Source of the DNA: Mizuhopecten yessoensis
Taxonomy: Eukaryota
NCBI RefSeq assembly: GCF_002113885.1
Contig: NW_018408683.1
Location: 552,144 to 616,143 of the forward strand
Reading direction: 5' to 3'
DNA: 64,000 bases
Made by a program: the position numbers and the translations under genes. This document shows, piece after piece, positions 12,979 through 25,273 of the stretch (the first letter of the stretch is position 1; every line of letters begins with the position of its first letter). Below the pieces are notes generated by a model. The model was not told the DNA's origin and made no database searches. It worked only from the letters and a program-made list of their open reading frames with translations.

Positions 12979-14837
12979 ATGTCTCGATCGGGACAGCGAC
13001 GAGGTAGAGCGCATGGGTGTTCCCATTTCTTCGTGGAACGGGACCCTCATGATGCTTGTCCCCAGTATTGTCCTTGCAGTGAGGTTTCGCCTGTTGAACT
13101 TTGTTCACAGACAAAATCTCTGGACAAGGACTTCATTGTTCCACAACTACCCTCAACTTACCGTAAGAGAGATTCGTCTGTTTCTTCCGGTAAGCGAGGG
13201 AAGCAGAGAGGTAGGGTCGTGCCACCAGCTCTCTGGGGTCTGGTGGTACTGTCTCTGTTCCTGTCTCGGGGGGTCTCGCTTCGGCGGGTCCCTCTCGTGA
13301 GCAGGGGATGGCCCTTCCGGTCCAGGAAATCCCTGGAGTAGGGGAGGGGCAGCCCGACCCTGGCTTGGCACAGCACAGGGTCGAATTGGCCGGGGACGCC
13401 CGTAAGCTTTCGTGCTCGCCTTCGGGTAGCAACTACCGGCCGCCGGTCACTGACTCTGTCAGTAATCCTGGCATTCCAGGCGGTGCTGTCGTTGGGGACA
13501 GTCTTGGTGCCGGGCCTGTTCTTTCGGGTTCAGGTCCTGGTGTGACTACAAACTTTCTGGGATTGTCTGTCTCTACCGGGATAAGTGACGCGCAGCTCAC
13601 TAATCCCGGTAGCAATGCTGGTCATGCTTACCCTCCCGGTAAGTTACCCGGACCCGGTCCTATTAGGTCCGGTCCAGAGGTTCATTCTTCCGGGAACCTT
13701 GAAGGTTTCCCCCCAGGGCTTAGCCCGTACATGTCCGGGTTTCCACCTGGAGGGAGTCGCGGTCCACCTTCGCCCTTTGGGCAAGTTGGCCAGCCCCAGT
13801 CTCAGGCAGGCAAGTTTGGCCAGTTCGTCTGATGACGGTCCTCAAGAGGGCTTGTCCCCTGAGGAGGACGTCCAGGATGGGGATGACCCTGAGGCAGCTG
13901 AGATTGAGGCCCAGCATGTGTTGTCCGGTATGCGGGGCCTTAGGGCCGACGTTTCACTGATTCTTTAGGAGGAGGTTTTCCCACCACCTTTGGCGTCATC
14001 TGTCCCCAAGTCCACCACCCTTTTGTGTTCCCTGGTGGCTCCTTGGGTGTCCGTTCTGTCGGACCGCTCTCTGCCAGAAGGCACTATTGTGTCTTCAGCT
14101 CTGGCCAACGCCCAGTCTCGGGATTTAGAGAAAATTTCTTCTTCAACCCGTAGTCCTGGGTATGCTGGGTTGCAGCTCAGTGTTGGCGATTTGTCGGAGG
14201 TGCACGCCACTGACTATGCCAAACATGATGGCCTGCTTGCCCCTCAACCAGCTAAGCTGGAATCGAGGGAACTTGCAGCCTGGCCCGGTAAATCGGTGGA
14301 CCAGGTGGTGTTCGGTCCAAAAGAACACCACAAGATGGAGAGACTGCTGTGTCTCTCCATCCAGATTCTGTCTTATATAGACTACCTGACGGTTTGTCTA
14401 TATGGGGTATCCGACTTGCCCGAGGGTCGGATTACCGAGACAGAGCTGGCCGACATCCAGGACAGAGTGACCTCTGCCCTGAACGGGGCATTGCGAGCGC
14501 TTGTAGCTTTACAGGTGTCATCGCTCGTCAATATTTTGTGTGCTAGGCGGTTTTCAGGTTTAAAAACCGCCCAGACGATGAGCCTTACCGTTCCAGATTG
14601 TTGACTACCCCCTTCTCAGGGTCCACTCTTTTTGAAGGGGCCCTTCCTTCTGTTCAGAAGTATTTGAAGGAGGACTCGGTCGCTTCTGCACTTCTGGTGA
14701 AGATGATTCAGACTGAGAAGTCCAGTACCTCGCAGGGGTCAGCGCCTCTTAAGAAGAAGGCTAAACCTTCGGCTTCGCAGTCTTCTGCGCAGCCCATGTA
14801 TAAACACTCCCTTCAAGGGCAACAAATGGAAGAGTAA
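12979..14837 (+). pseudogene. DIRS gag-like ORF, fragmented by frameshifts and stops
   Basis: N-terminal Cys/His motif (GCSHFFVERDPHDACPQYCPCSEVSPVELC) typical of DIRS1 gag, then Pro/Gly/Ser-rich and helical segments in ORFs 13308, 13585, 13990, 14598. Confidence 0.6.
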
Positions 14838-14949
14838 GAAGGGTAAGAACCCTCCTGGGGGTAAGAAGAAGGGTTCCTGACTCTCTTCTTTCCTCCTTGG
14901 TCGTGTCAGACGACGAGTTTGGCCGGGGGAGACTGCAGTCCTCTCGGCT

Positions 14950-16068
14950 CAAGCTTGGGTCCTTCTTTTTTTTACCAAGCGAACCTCCTTCGCCAGCCTC
15001 GGTCCAGGACGATGCACTCTCGTCCGGAGATCCTCCACCTTCACGCGTGGAAGCTATCTCAGAAAGCCTCGCTCAGGTGGGCTTTTCTAGGGACGTGTCA
15101 GATCGCACTCGATCAATTAGGTCTTTCTCATCTGTCGTCTACCAGTCACGATGGAAGATTTACTGTGATTGGTGTGTCGGCAGGAAGGTTGATCCGATCA
15201 AGGCTACTGTCCAGGTGATTGCGGACTTCCTTCTTTGGCTGTTTAGGGACCTCAATCTTGCCCCTGGCACTATCGCTGTTTATCGCACGGCCATTGCTAT
15301 TGTTATCTCTAATCATGGTAGGCCGCAGGTAGGCTCGTCCCCCTCTCTTTCTGTCTTGATTAAAGGGTTTGTGTTGGACAGGCCTAGGGTCCGGCAGTTG
15401 GCTCCGCAGTGGAATTTGCCACTGGTGCTCGAACCGCTGATGCGGGCACCTTATAAGCCTTTATCGTCTGCCTCCTTGAAGTTTGTTACCTACAAAGTGG
15501 TATTCCTCATTGCCCTGGCCTCAGGTCGAAGGAGGAGTGAGATTCATGCCTTGTTTTCTCACACCTCTTGCCTCCGCTGGTCCAGGAATTACTCTGCCGT
15601 TACCCTTCTCACTGATCCTGCCTTTATGGCTAAGAATCAGGTTCCTGGCTTCTCGCCCGATCCTATTAAGATTCCGTCTTTGACTGCCTTCGTTGGGTAT
15701 AAGGAACGGGATAGGTTGGTCTGTCCCTGTCGGGCGCTTAGGTTTTACCTCGATCTCGTCTGTTTTTGCCCATTAAGCAGGGTCAGCAGGATATCTCCTC
15801 TCAGTCAGTGTCTAGATGGATCTGTCAGGTCATCAAGTACGGTTACGATCAATCGGATGATCACGTTCGGGCGTTGTATAAGGTGAGAGCTCATGAGATC
15901 AGGGCCCTTGCTGCGTCATGGGCCCACCTCAAGGGCCCCCCTATCAGAAGATGTCTGCGGCTTTCTGGAGCGGACAGACCATTTTCACGGATTTTTATCT
16001 CCGGTCCTTGGCTTCTCATTCTGATGGATTGTATTACCTTGGACCGATGGTGGTTGCACAGTCTGTAG
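14950..16068 (+). pseudogene. DIRS tyrosine recombinase, frameshifted near 15750-15770 and in the C-terminus
   Basis: YQSRWKIYCDWC...ADFLLWLF...GTIAVYRTAI (N-terminal domain), FLIALASGRRRSEIHAL (box I Arg), CPCRALRFYL, and HEIRALAASWA (HxxR) in the next frame (ORF 15766..16068). Confidence 0.9.
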
Positions 16069-16632
16069 CTGTTCCTCCACAGTAATTCAGGGATTTTAAA
16101 TAGTAGGCTATCAGGCACAACGGTGGTACACCTGCTTGTTTCACGGGGAGGTTTTCCATTTTTTAATTACTTTCGGGGCTTTATAAGGGGGGTTCCTTGA
16201 ACCTTTTCCCTACCTTGAGCAAGTCTCGAGTTTGTTCCGTCAGCCTGGTCTGCCTGGATTCGAAGCCTCCACTGCGGTAAGACGAATTCGCATACTAAAG
16301 TTATGGTAATTGTTACTGAAAAGAGGTTTTTGAAGTAAAACCAATTTTCATGATGTAATACTTACCATAACTTTATGGAGTCCCACCCCGTATTCCTCCC
16401 CTTACCTCCTCATCCCGGCTGCCTTTAGGCTCCATAAAAGTGGTTTGAGGAAGGGAGATCACTCCGTGGCTCTGTCGTCGAGATATGGGTTACGTCACGG
16501 TAGGGGAGTAGGAATATTTGAATCTTTTGTTTTTGGGCTACAAAGATGAGTGTAGGTATTGTGTATGCATACTAAAGTTATGGTAAGTATTACATCATGA
16601 AAATAGGTTTTACTTCAAAAACCTCAAATTTC

Positions 16633-17170
16633 ATATTTCCTAGAACGTTCGTCTAAAGTGTTTGGTGCTTTCCTGGACTACAAAAAAACTTTTAATAGTG
16701 TCTGGATTGACGGCTTATTGTACAAACTGTTCCAAAAAGGATTTAACGGACAATTTTGGCGTAAAGTTAAAGACTCTTTTTGTGATGTTTCAGCTGCAGT
16801 ACTAAATGATGGTAAAGCAGTATAAAGTAACACGTGATGCAAGGGTAGGTCAAGGCCGAACACTCTCAGCGTGGGTATTTTTGATATTTGTAGGCAACAT
16901 AGCTTCCGAATTGGACGAAACGGGTATAGGTCTACAAATCTATTAGCTGATGACACAACACCTATAAATGCGTCTGTCTCATTTCTCCAAGAGCAGTTAG
17001 ATTTGGTGTGGTCATACGGCACAAAATGAAAATCTGAACTATAACCCTGCAGAAAAGTGCAGAGGCAGGGTTAAAAGATAGTTTGCAAATTAGATGCGGA
17101 TAGCATTCAGCAGTTAAGTCAAACAACGTATGCTGGAATCAGGGTCGCAGCTGGGATGTAATACTGTGTA
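16633..17170 (+). mobile_element. Degenerate non-LTR retrotransposon RT fragment
   Basis: Translates with shifts as SKVFGAFLDYKK.F.SVWIDGLLYKLFQKGFNGQFWR, RT motif 'FLDxxKAFDSV' region, followed by a decayed GVxQG and ADD-like motif. Confidence 0.65.
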
Positions 17171-18679
17171 GGCACTTGAACATATGGATGTTAGATATGT
17201 GGATTTTTTTTAGATTTGATACAACAATTTTATAAATAATGTAAAATAGAATCAATTGATAAGTATATCGGTGCGTTTTATAATTAGATATGCAACTATA
17301 TATATATACCAAATACTTAAAATGGTGGTAATGATTTTAACATACACGAATTGGAACCCAAAAGAGATAAATTTAATTTAACTTCTTATTGATGGGAGAA
17401 TCGTTCTTAAAAACGAGAATACCCGAAGTGTCAACAAAATCACAGTGAGAACTCAGAATCGATAAAACAAAACAAAAAAATGAACAAAGGCATGGAAATC
17501 TTTGAAAATTACAAGGAGAAAAAGATCATGTGTTCCGGAAGTACAAGCGTCTTCAGCTTCATCGACAATGAAATCTATGTCAAATTGAAGATGTGTTTCG
17601 TACTCAAAATGAATATTAGGGTAGAGCCAAACTCATTAGCATAATTAAAAATGATCGATCTTCATATCACACAAAGAAATAGAATATTTCTCCATTAGAA
17701 CATGATAGTGAATTGTAAACAATGTGTTGTAAGTTTGCCCTTCGGCAGTCGACAACTCTGATATCATGATAAAGTCATGAATATGTGCTATTTGAATCAA
17801 AATGATGAATACCGACCGAATACCATCTATTACGCAGATTGTTGACCATGGTTTGCACATCGGGGTCAGGAAATGGAGACTTGGTGGGTTTTTTTCAAGC
17901 GGCTAATATTGTTTTGCCTTTAGGGTTCAGCCTATAAAAAGATATCATACATGTATGCGTGCCAAATCAGAGAGGATTGGGGCATGGGCATACAAAAACG
18001 ACGCATTACTTTGAGGAGGCTCGGAAAACGGGACAGTTTCACTGCGACGGGGATCTCAGAAGGTTAGATATTTCGCATCGACCGCACTATTAACATGTTC
18101 ATCGTTGTGTTATTACCATTGATTACTTTCAAATTGAAAGTTGTATTACACTTACGTGTTTAAGAAGATCAATATGACTGCCAAAAAAACCCACATGATG
18201 TTCCGCACTTCGTACTAAACCTATATAAAACATCCTGGATTTAGTGTTAACTTTAATTTTTATGAAAATATATTTTCACTTTTCATTTGCACTGACTCAA
18301 AACAAGTATCTGACAAAATTATGTGTGGGAACGTGCCTACTCGAGCCTAAGGCAGCTACGCTACTGCCGAATTACTTTCGTGTTGAAACTAATATGATCA
18401 CCAGGAATTCTAATTCCTCTGAAAATGGCCATAAAACCTTTAATTCGCTCATTAGTATTAGTCTTCATCGATTCAGTATTAACCTTGCCACCGCAATGAA
18501 GCTGTGTTACGGCACGATTACTCATCCCGACACGATTTCTCACCCGGGTGAGAAATCCTGTTAGGAGTAGGCATATTGCCCGTTGCCATGAGCACGAACA
18601 CTGAAATTGATTATTGGGGATTGTGGTATATTAAGGCTTGGTTACTAATGCACAAACTTCAAACTTTTTCAAACTTCAA

Positions 18680-19010
18680 TTTTTAGCTCACCCGGTCCGA
18701 AGGACCAATATGAGCTTATGCCATACCGCAGCGTCCGTCCGTCCGTCCGTCCGCTTTTCCTTTAAAATGCCACTTGTCCTGAACGACCCAGTATGTTTTG
18801 ACTTAATTTGGCCTGGAGCATCCTTGGGCCAAGGGACTCAATTTTGTATAAACGGTGGGTGTGCCTCCCCCTGGAGGAGAGGGGTGGGCCCCATAGGGGA
18901 AATAGAGGTGAAACCTATGAAAGATTTGAATCCTACCACAACGATTTAGGGATTTCGTCCCAATTTGGTCTGGAGCATCCTTGGGCAAGGGGGACTCAAT
19001 CCTGTTAAAA
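18680..19010 (+). mobile_element. Helentron-associated (HINE/DINE-like) non-autonomous repeat, one end plus partial internal tandem units
   Basis: tttttagctcacc...tgagct short inverted repeat, (gtcc)n microsatellite, then two copies of aatttggyctggagcatccttgggc..agggactcaat. Confidence 0.6.
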
Positions 19011-19494
19011 TGGTGGGTTTGGACTGTTTTTATTACAAAACTGTCCAATTTTGGTCGCATCTACACAAATGCAGATAGTTTAAAGGTCTAAGCCAGGGAA
19101 ACATGGGGCTCCCAAAAGGGGTACATGTAAGTAATTGTCCGAATTTTCGGTGAAGGAGTTTGGTAGCCGGTTCGTTGTCTTTCAACCGAGCAACCGGTTA
19201 ACCGGCTAACCAATGACAACCCTACATAATACATCTGCATACCAAATCTATAACATCGATCAATATCTAAATGTCGACCAATCAGGACCTGACCTAACAC
19301 GGACATTTTGTCAAGTAAAACAAATCAACGCAGATCGCAGTAGTGCATAGAGCCTGCAAATAGGCTCTGTGGCACTTCAGGGGTTAATGCATGTTTGTTT
19401 TTTTGACAAGTTCATTTGATATATATATACATTTATTCAAACTATATTGGAGACAGAGTTGCTTGTATTTACTTTTAATATACATAAAATACAT

Positions 19495-20805
19495 TCATGT
19501 TGCACACTTGGGTACATATTCCCGTATATAAGTCATTAAATCCATGCCTGTATTCTGACAGGTTCCGGAGCCCGTAACAAAGTGTTCCAGGGCTCCCCAC
19601 AGCCTCATCCATCCAAGTTCTTTACAAGTACACTCGATACTATCACCTAACATGTTAAGAACGTAGAGCGAATCTACCTCGCCTATCGCCCTCGGTACAC
19701 CGGCAAGGTTAGTGTTGTCGAGACTGATTGAGTACAACATTGTATTTTGCTTAAATGCAGTCACTGCAATACCTTCCAAAGATGCGTTACTAAGGTCAAG
19801 GTTTCTCAGCAGAAATAATGTGGACAGATCAGAATCTTCTATGTTCGATACATTTGTGTTTTTCATTAATAAGTTTTCCACCAGTGGTATTTGACGTAGA
19901 GCTGTTGGAATGTGATCAAAGTCCGTGCGGTCTAGTGTGATATTTCTCAGCTTAGACTCGGGTGGTATGGTGTCAAGTTCCCACGATTTTATTGGGGAAT
20001 CGGTGACGTAGATGCTCAGTAAATGAGTACATTTTGAAATATTTGGCATAGTTGATAAGCTGCTGTTTTCTATCACCAAAGAAGTTAGTGAGGTGAGGTT
20101 ATGGATATCAAATGACGTCAGAAGATGGTTGTCGATAACGGCCAAATGCTCCAAGTTAGTTAGTACTTGTACGCTGTCAGGCATATCGTTACATTCATTG
20201 TTCTGCAACACAAGTGATTTCATTGTACCTGCCATGTTAAAGAATGCGTCGAACGGCAAAGAGTAGCAAGTTAGACCTACGACTGTAAGGTGAGTTATTG
20301 CATTCAATTGGTCGATGTATTTCGGCCATGGAGAGTTCTCAGAACCTATGGTAAGGTAGCGAAGAGTAGACGCAAATGACATACTAGTTCCCAGGATTAT
20401 GAAGGGGTTGTCTTGCATTGTAAGAATCTCCAGGTTCGTCAGATCATCTATAGCGTTTGGCAGATACCAGAACTGGTTAGACTCCATATGAACGGAAGTG
20501 ACGACATCATTTGAACCGACTAAGCAATCCATGGACAAGGTACTAATCTTGTTGTGTGACATGTTGAGCGACACGACTGTTATGTTTTCGAATGCTCGCT
20601 TTGGAATGGTGGTGAGCTGGTTGTAGCTAATGTCTACCGTCCAACGCTGCTGACCGCCATTAGAGATTCCAGGAACATGGCTTAAACCTTTCCCACTGCA
20701 GTCTATCATACTTCCGGGGATACGACATGTACAAGGAGGAGGGGCTGGACAGGGCTGACCTGGGTCCACAGCAATCGGCGTAATTAGTCCAACTAACGTC
20801 GTTAT
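19495..20805 (-). CDS. Secreted LRR-only protein, paralog A, exon 2 (LRRNT + LRRs + LRRCT); full protein 448 aa
   Basis: CPAPPPCTC..IDCS LRRNT, LxxLxLxxN repeats, IECTCKELGWM..GTC..VPKCAT* LRRCT; acceptor tttacactacag| at 20806; AATAAA on minus at 19432-19437. Confidence 0.9.
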   Translation of the reverse strand: MTTLVGLITPIAVDPGQPCPAPPPCTCRIPGSMIDCSGKGLSHVPGISNGGQQRWTVDISYNQLTTIPKRAFENITVVSLNMSHNKISTLSMDCLVGSNDVVTSVHMESNQFWYLPNAIDDLTNLEILTMQDNPFIILGTSMSFASTLRYLTIGSENSPWPKYIDQLNAITHLTVVGLTCYSLPFDAFFNMAGTMKSLVLQNNECNDMPDSVQVLTNLEHLAVIDNHLLTSFDIHNLTSLTSLVIENSSLSTMPNISKCTHLLSIYVTDSPIKSWELDTIPPESKLRNITLDRTDFDHIPTALRQIPLVENLLMKNTNVSNIEDSDLSTLFLLRNLDLSNASLEGIAVTAFKQNTMLYSISLDNTNLAGVPRAIGEVDSLYVLNMLGDSIECTCKELGWMRLWGALEHFVTGSGTCQNTGMDLMTYIREYVPKCAT

Positions 20806-22456
20806 CTGTAGTGTAAAGCATACATACATGTTTTAAACGTGGCGCTAACTTCGTTTAAGTTTTGCTTCGTAAGTCATGAATATATATCAATAACATTGCA
20901 AACAAAGTTTGACAAAATAAAAGTTTTGTTCGCGGCTTGAAAACTATATACCATATAGTGTTCATTTCGACACAAACGTCAATTGCATAACGAATCCGTG
21001 ATTTTTTAAATTATATTTTGTTGTTTAACGATAGCCAGTCGGAGTCAGCTTTATTATTGATATACCAATAAAAGACCATGACATGTTATTAAACCATCGC
21101 CTACATATCCAATGCAGACCCATGTAATGTTGAAGCCTAACGCCAGTTTACGCAAAACGGGACACTTGTGGAAAAGCAGCTCAAACAATTGGCATGATAT
21201 GCTAAGAAGTATTTTATTTATGCCAACTTCACTATGTGCTACTGGTATGTCAGTTAGTCTGTATATTAGCTTTATTGGCTGCTGATTACGGTTAAACGGA
21301 CAGTTTAAGGTTGGCGACATAACTCGCTTCATTTAAATTTCATAGGATGCTCTTTAATTTGGTATCAATTTCAGACACTTGTTTGTCCAAAGCTTATGCT
21401 GATTTGGAGGAGAAATTCAATCAAACCCTATTTTGTCTCTGCAAAAGTTGAAGTGTGTGTAACGTTCTTTTAATGGTGATCATTTATCCCCCAATATTGG
21501 TCAAAAAACCAAAGTGTTCCCGGATTTAGGGTACAGCTACACAGGTACACGTACCTGTTTAAGAGCTTCCATGACCCTGGTAGTATTTTGCGTTATATCA
21601 GCTTATAATAAAAGATAAATACATGTGGATAATATGTTTTAATGAAAAATGAACTAACATTTCTTGAATTGACATTATGATTTAAAATACATCAATAATT
21701 ACCCAAAATCAGTCCCGTTTTAGATGCACTGATGGTAAATGTCATAGGGTGTGGCCTAAGGGGATTAACCAAAACAAGTATCCGAATGTAGCCTTGACCA
21801 AAAAAGAAGGTCGAACATCAAACTGTCACAGAAGGTGATTTCTAAACATTTTCGTCAAGTTGGTAAGTACAGGGTGAAGAAACGTTCACTTAGCACAACC
21901 AGCAAAGTGATAATATGTGACGTGTCGATGACTAGTTGGGTATGTCATAATGTCTCATGTTTGGTGCCAAAAACCAAATATTCTAAAGCGTAACGTATTA
22001 AGTCTTCTTGATAACGTGTTAAACAACAGATAAAACCAGCGGTCTAGGATATTTCATGAAAACAATTTAAATTGTCTATCATTTACCATGCACTAATTTC
22101 CCTAAATGTATTTTTCGTCTGCGCAATCTTGCAAATATTTACTGACTTTAGACATTTTGATATGCATAAAGCTATAATGTTTTGCATGTGACCCATTCCC
22201 CAATGTATTCAATGTATACCCTATATCACAGATATGTATTGCTATATCAGATATGTATTGCTATATCACAGATATGTATTGCTCTCTGAATGATTTACGG
22301 ACGGGCATACAACAGAAGACGTTATAGAATTCGGCCAAAGACAGCGAGTAGACGAATTGTTCCATTAGATTAATACATTTCCGACCAGAACTGCAATACA
22401 TAATCCAGGTATTGTTTGTTTACGTTACAACACATTAAAACCAGATATATACTTAC

Positions 22457-22492
22457 GATGAATACTACCTGGGTGGTCTTGTAGACGGCCAT
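22457..22492 (-). CDS. Paralog A exon 1 (signal peptide start MAVYKTTQVVFI)
   Basis: ATG at 22492, 12 codons, donor gtaagt; phase 0 joins in frame to ITTLVGLITPIA forming a hydrophobic signal peptide; same 12-codon layout as paralogs C, D, F. Confidence 0.8.
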
Positions 22493-23269
22493 GTTGCTTC
22501 GTGTTGTCTCTCATTCCTGTCGTACCAAGACAGTCTGTGCCATGTGAGGAATGCCCCGCTTGTCATATTGATGACATAACCTAAATTTTGCATGGTAACA
22601 TGATATTGTGGGATCTTTCTGCGATTAAAAACATGTCTTCTTATCTGACTCAAGATTACATTAGTTACTCATTTGTAGCAAGTCAGTTATGGAGGTTTGC
22701 TGTTGTACGTGCTATATTTCCTCATACAGGAGAGGGGGACCTCAATACAAACGATATGTAGGTTGACAATAGCAGGGAATGTAAGATAAAAAGGTATAAA
22801 ACATCCGTCTTCACCCAGAACAATTAAATTCTATATAATTTCAGACCATCGGTCCCTGTAAACACATCTGAGTTTTTTCAAAAATATGTGCCGTAACAAT
22901 GTCATTTGTAAATGCTGTATAGTAAAAATAGATAAATATAAATTTTGATATGTTATGGACCTACAACATTCAGTCTTTCATCGCATCCTGCACATACCAA
23001 TGCCTAGTCAACAATGGTTTCTCAGAGAAACTTGTAATGATATACATGTAGCTATAGTATTAATTATATAATCAATCGATTCAAGTAAGTTATTGTTGTA
23101 TGGCTATATGTGCACATATATACCACTAATTCATTCCAACAGTTAAAACACGTCGATACAAAACATATGATCATATATAAACTCTGTACAGTATATTTGT
23201 AACAATTATGAAACACGTGATGTAAACTGATGTTTATCACTGGTGTTGCCCAGGATATTAGATCGCAGG

Positions 23270-23345
23270 GGGTCTTTAAATGGGAGGAAATCGGAGTACC
23301 AGGAGAAAATCCACGGGTTCGGGCAGGTGACTACATACCCCGGCC
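23270..23345 (-). mobile_element. V-domain SINE fragment
   Basis: Minus strand gtggattttctcctggtactccgatttcctccca resembles the V-SINE core GTGGGTTTTCTCCGGGTACTCCGGTTTCCTCCCA. Confidence 0.5.
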
Positions 23346-23945
23346 ACCTTGAACACCGAGTTAGTCATCTACCAACAGAACCATAGATTACCTCACCACT
23401 GATACCCCCGATGAGACACCTTACCATAAAACTCGCGAGCAGGGACTTACCCACAGAACCACGTATATACTCCTCACCTTGGAACGAGCAGGGACTTAAC
23501 CACAGAACCCCCGTATATACTCCTTACCATTAAACGAGCTGGGACTGAACCACAGAACTCCCGTATATACTCCTTACCACGGAACGAGCAGGGACTTACC
23601 CACAGAACCCCCGTATATCCTCCTTCCCTGGAACGAGCAGGGACTTAACCACAGAAACCCCGTATATACTCCTTCCCTTGGAAAGAGCAGGGACTTAACC
23701 ACAGAACCCCCGTATATACTCCTTACCACAGAACGAGCAGGGACCTACCCACAGAACCCCCGTATATATTCCTTACCATTAAACGAGCTGGGACTGAACC
23801 ACAGAACCCCCGTATATACTCCTTACCTTGGAACGAGTAGGAACTTAACCACAGAACCCCCGTATATACTCCTCACCATGGAACGAGCATGGACTTAACC
23901 ACAGAATCCCCGTATATACTCCTTACCATGGAACGAGCAGGGACT

Positions 23946-24259
23946 TTCAAGTTCAAGATATTTTATTAAGTATTTCAAGGCCAACTAGCCCATAGTACAA
24001 TTTGCACAGTACATAATAACCATATTCACACAATTTTTACATCAAAAACAATTTCTGCAGAGTACCTTATAACGTACAATTTACTAATATATAGCACTGA
24101 CTTCCGATTTAATAATACTAAATTTGAGATGTCACAGATATAATATAATTTGATCTTGATTCAAAAGCTAAATATACAAATTTAGCAACATTTCTTAATT
24201 TATCTTCATTTCCAGTTATTAACATATATTTTGCTTCAACATAGTTTTCCAATGCACCC
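23946..24259 (-). mobile_element. Duplicated 3' end of the RTEX-like LINE (copy 1)
   Basis: Near-identical to 25274-25587. Confidence 0.9.
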
Positions 24260-24809
24260 TACCCACAGAACCCCCGTATATATTCCTTACCATTAAACGA
24301 GCTGGGACTGAACCACAGAACTCCCGTATATACTCCTTACCATGGAACGAGCAGGGACTTACCCACAGAACCCCCGTATATACTCCTTACCATGAAACGA
24401 GCTGGGACTGAACCACAGAACCCCCGTATCTACTCCTTACCATGGAACGAGCAGGGACTTAATCACAGAACCCCCGTATATACTCCTAACCATGGAACGA
24501 GGAGTGACTTAACCACAGAACCCCCGTATATACTCCTTACCATTAAACGAGCTGGGACTGAACCACAGAACCCCCGTATATACTCCTTACCATTAAACGA
24601 GCTGGGACTGAACCACAGAACTCCCGTATATACTCCTTACCATGGAACGAGCAGGGACTTACACACAGAACCCCCGTATATACTCCTTACCATGAAACGA
24701 GCTGGGACTGAACCACAGAACCCCCGTATCTACTCCTTACCATGGAACGAGCAGGGACTTACCCACAGATCCCCCGTATATACTCCTTACCATGGAACGA
24801 GCAGGGACT

Positions 24810-25123
24810 TTCAAGTTCTAGATATTTTATTAAGTATTTCAAGGCCAACTAGCCCATAGTACAATTTGCACAGTACATAATAACCATATTCACACAATTT
24901 TTACATCAAAAACAATTTCTGCAGAGTACCTTATAACGTACAATTTACTAATATATAGCACTGACTTCCGATTTAATAATACTAAATTTGTGCTGTCACA
25001 GATATAATATAATTTGATCTTGATTCAAAAGCTAAATATACAAATTTAGCAACATTTCTTAATTTATCTTCATTTCCAGTTATTAACATATATTTTGCTT
25101 CAACATAGTTTTCCAATGCACCC
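24810..25123 (-). mobile_element. Duplicated 3' end of the RTEX-like LINE (copy 2)
   Basis: Near-identical to 25274-25587, same breakpoint as copy 1. Confidence 0.9.
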
Positions 25124-25273
25124 TACCCACAGAACCCCCGTATATATTCCTTACCATTAAACGAGCTGGGACTGAACCACAGAACTCCCGTATATACTCC
25201 TTACCATGGAACGAGCAGGGACTTAACTACAGAACCCCCGTATATACTCCTTACCATGGAACGAGCAGGGACT

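Larger units (their letters stand above)
12551..16632 (+). mobile_element. DIRS1-type tyrosine-recombinase retrotransposon, internally deleted (no RT/RNase H)
   Basis: Left terminus tttcagtaataattaccataacttaagtatgcat..caatacctaca is inverted relative to tgtaggtattgtgtatgcatactaaagttatggtaa near the right end; ICR at ~16291-16375 is complementary to both outer termini; gag-like and YR ORFs inside. Confidence 0.92.

Noticed and set aside
13133-14331. Multiple antisense and overlapping ORFs in the GC-rich DIRS interior
   Set aside because: Expected from high GC content; no recognisable domains
20806-20829. ORF-track start MYVCFTLQ for LRR-A (likewise MLQ at 47681 and TTG starts at 43702 and 50959)
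   Set aside because: These residues are intronic acceptor sequence or non-ATG starts; true starts are in upstream 12-codon exons
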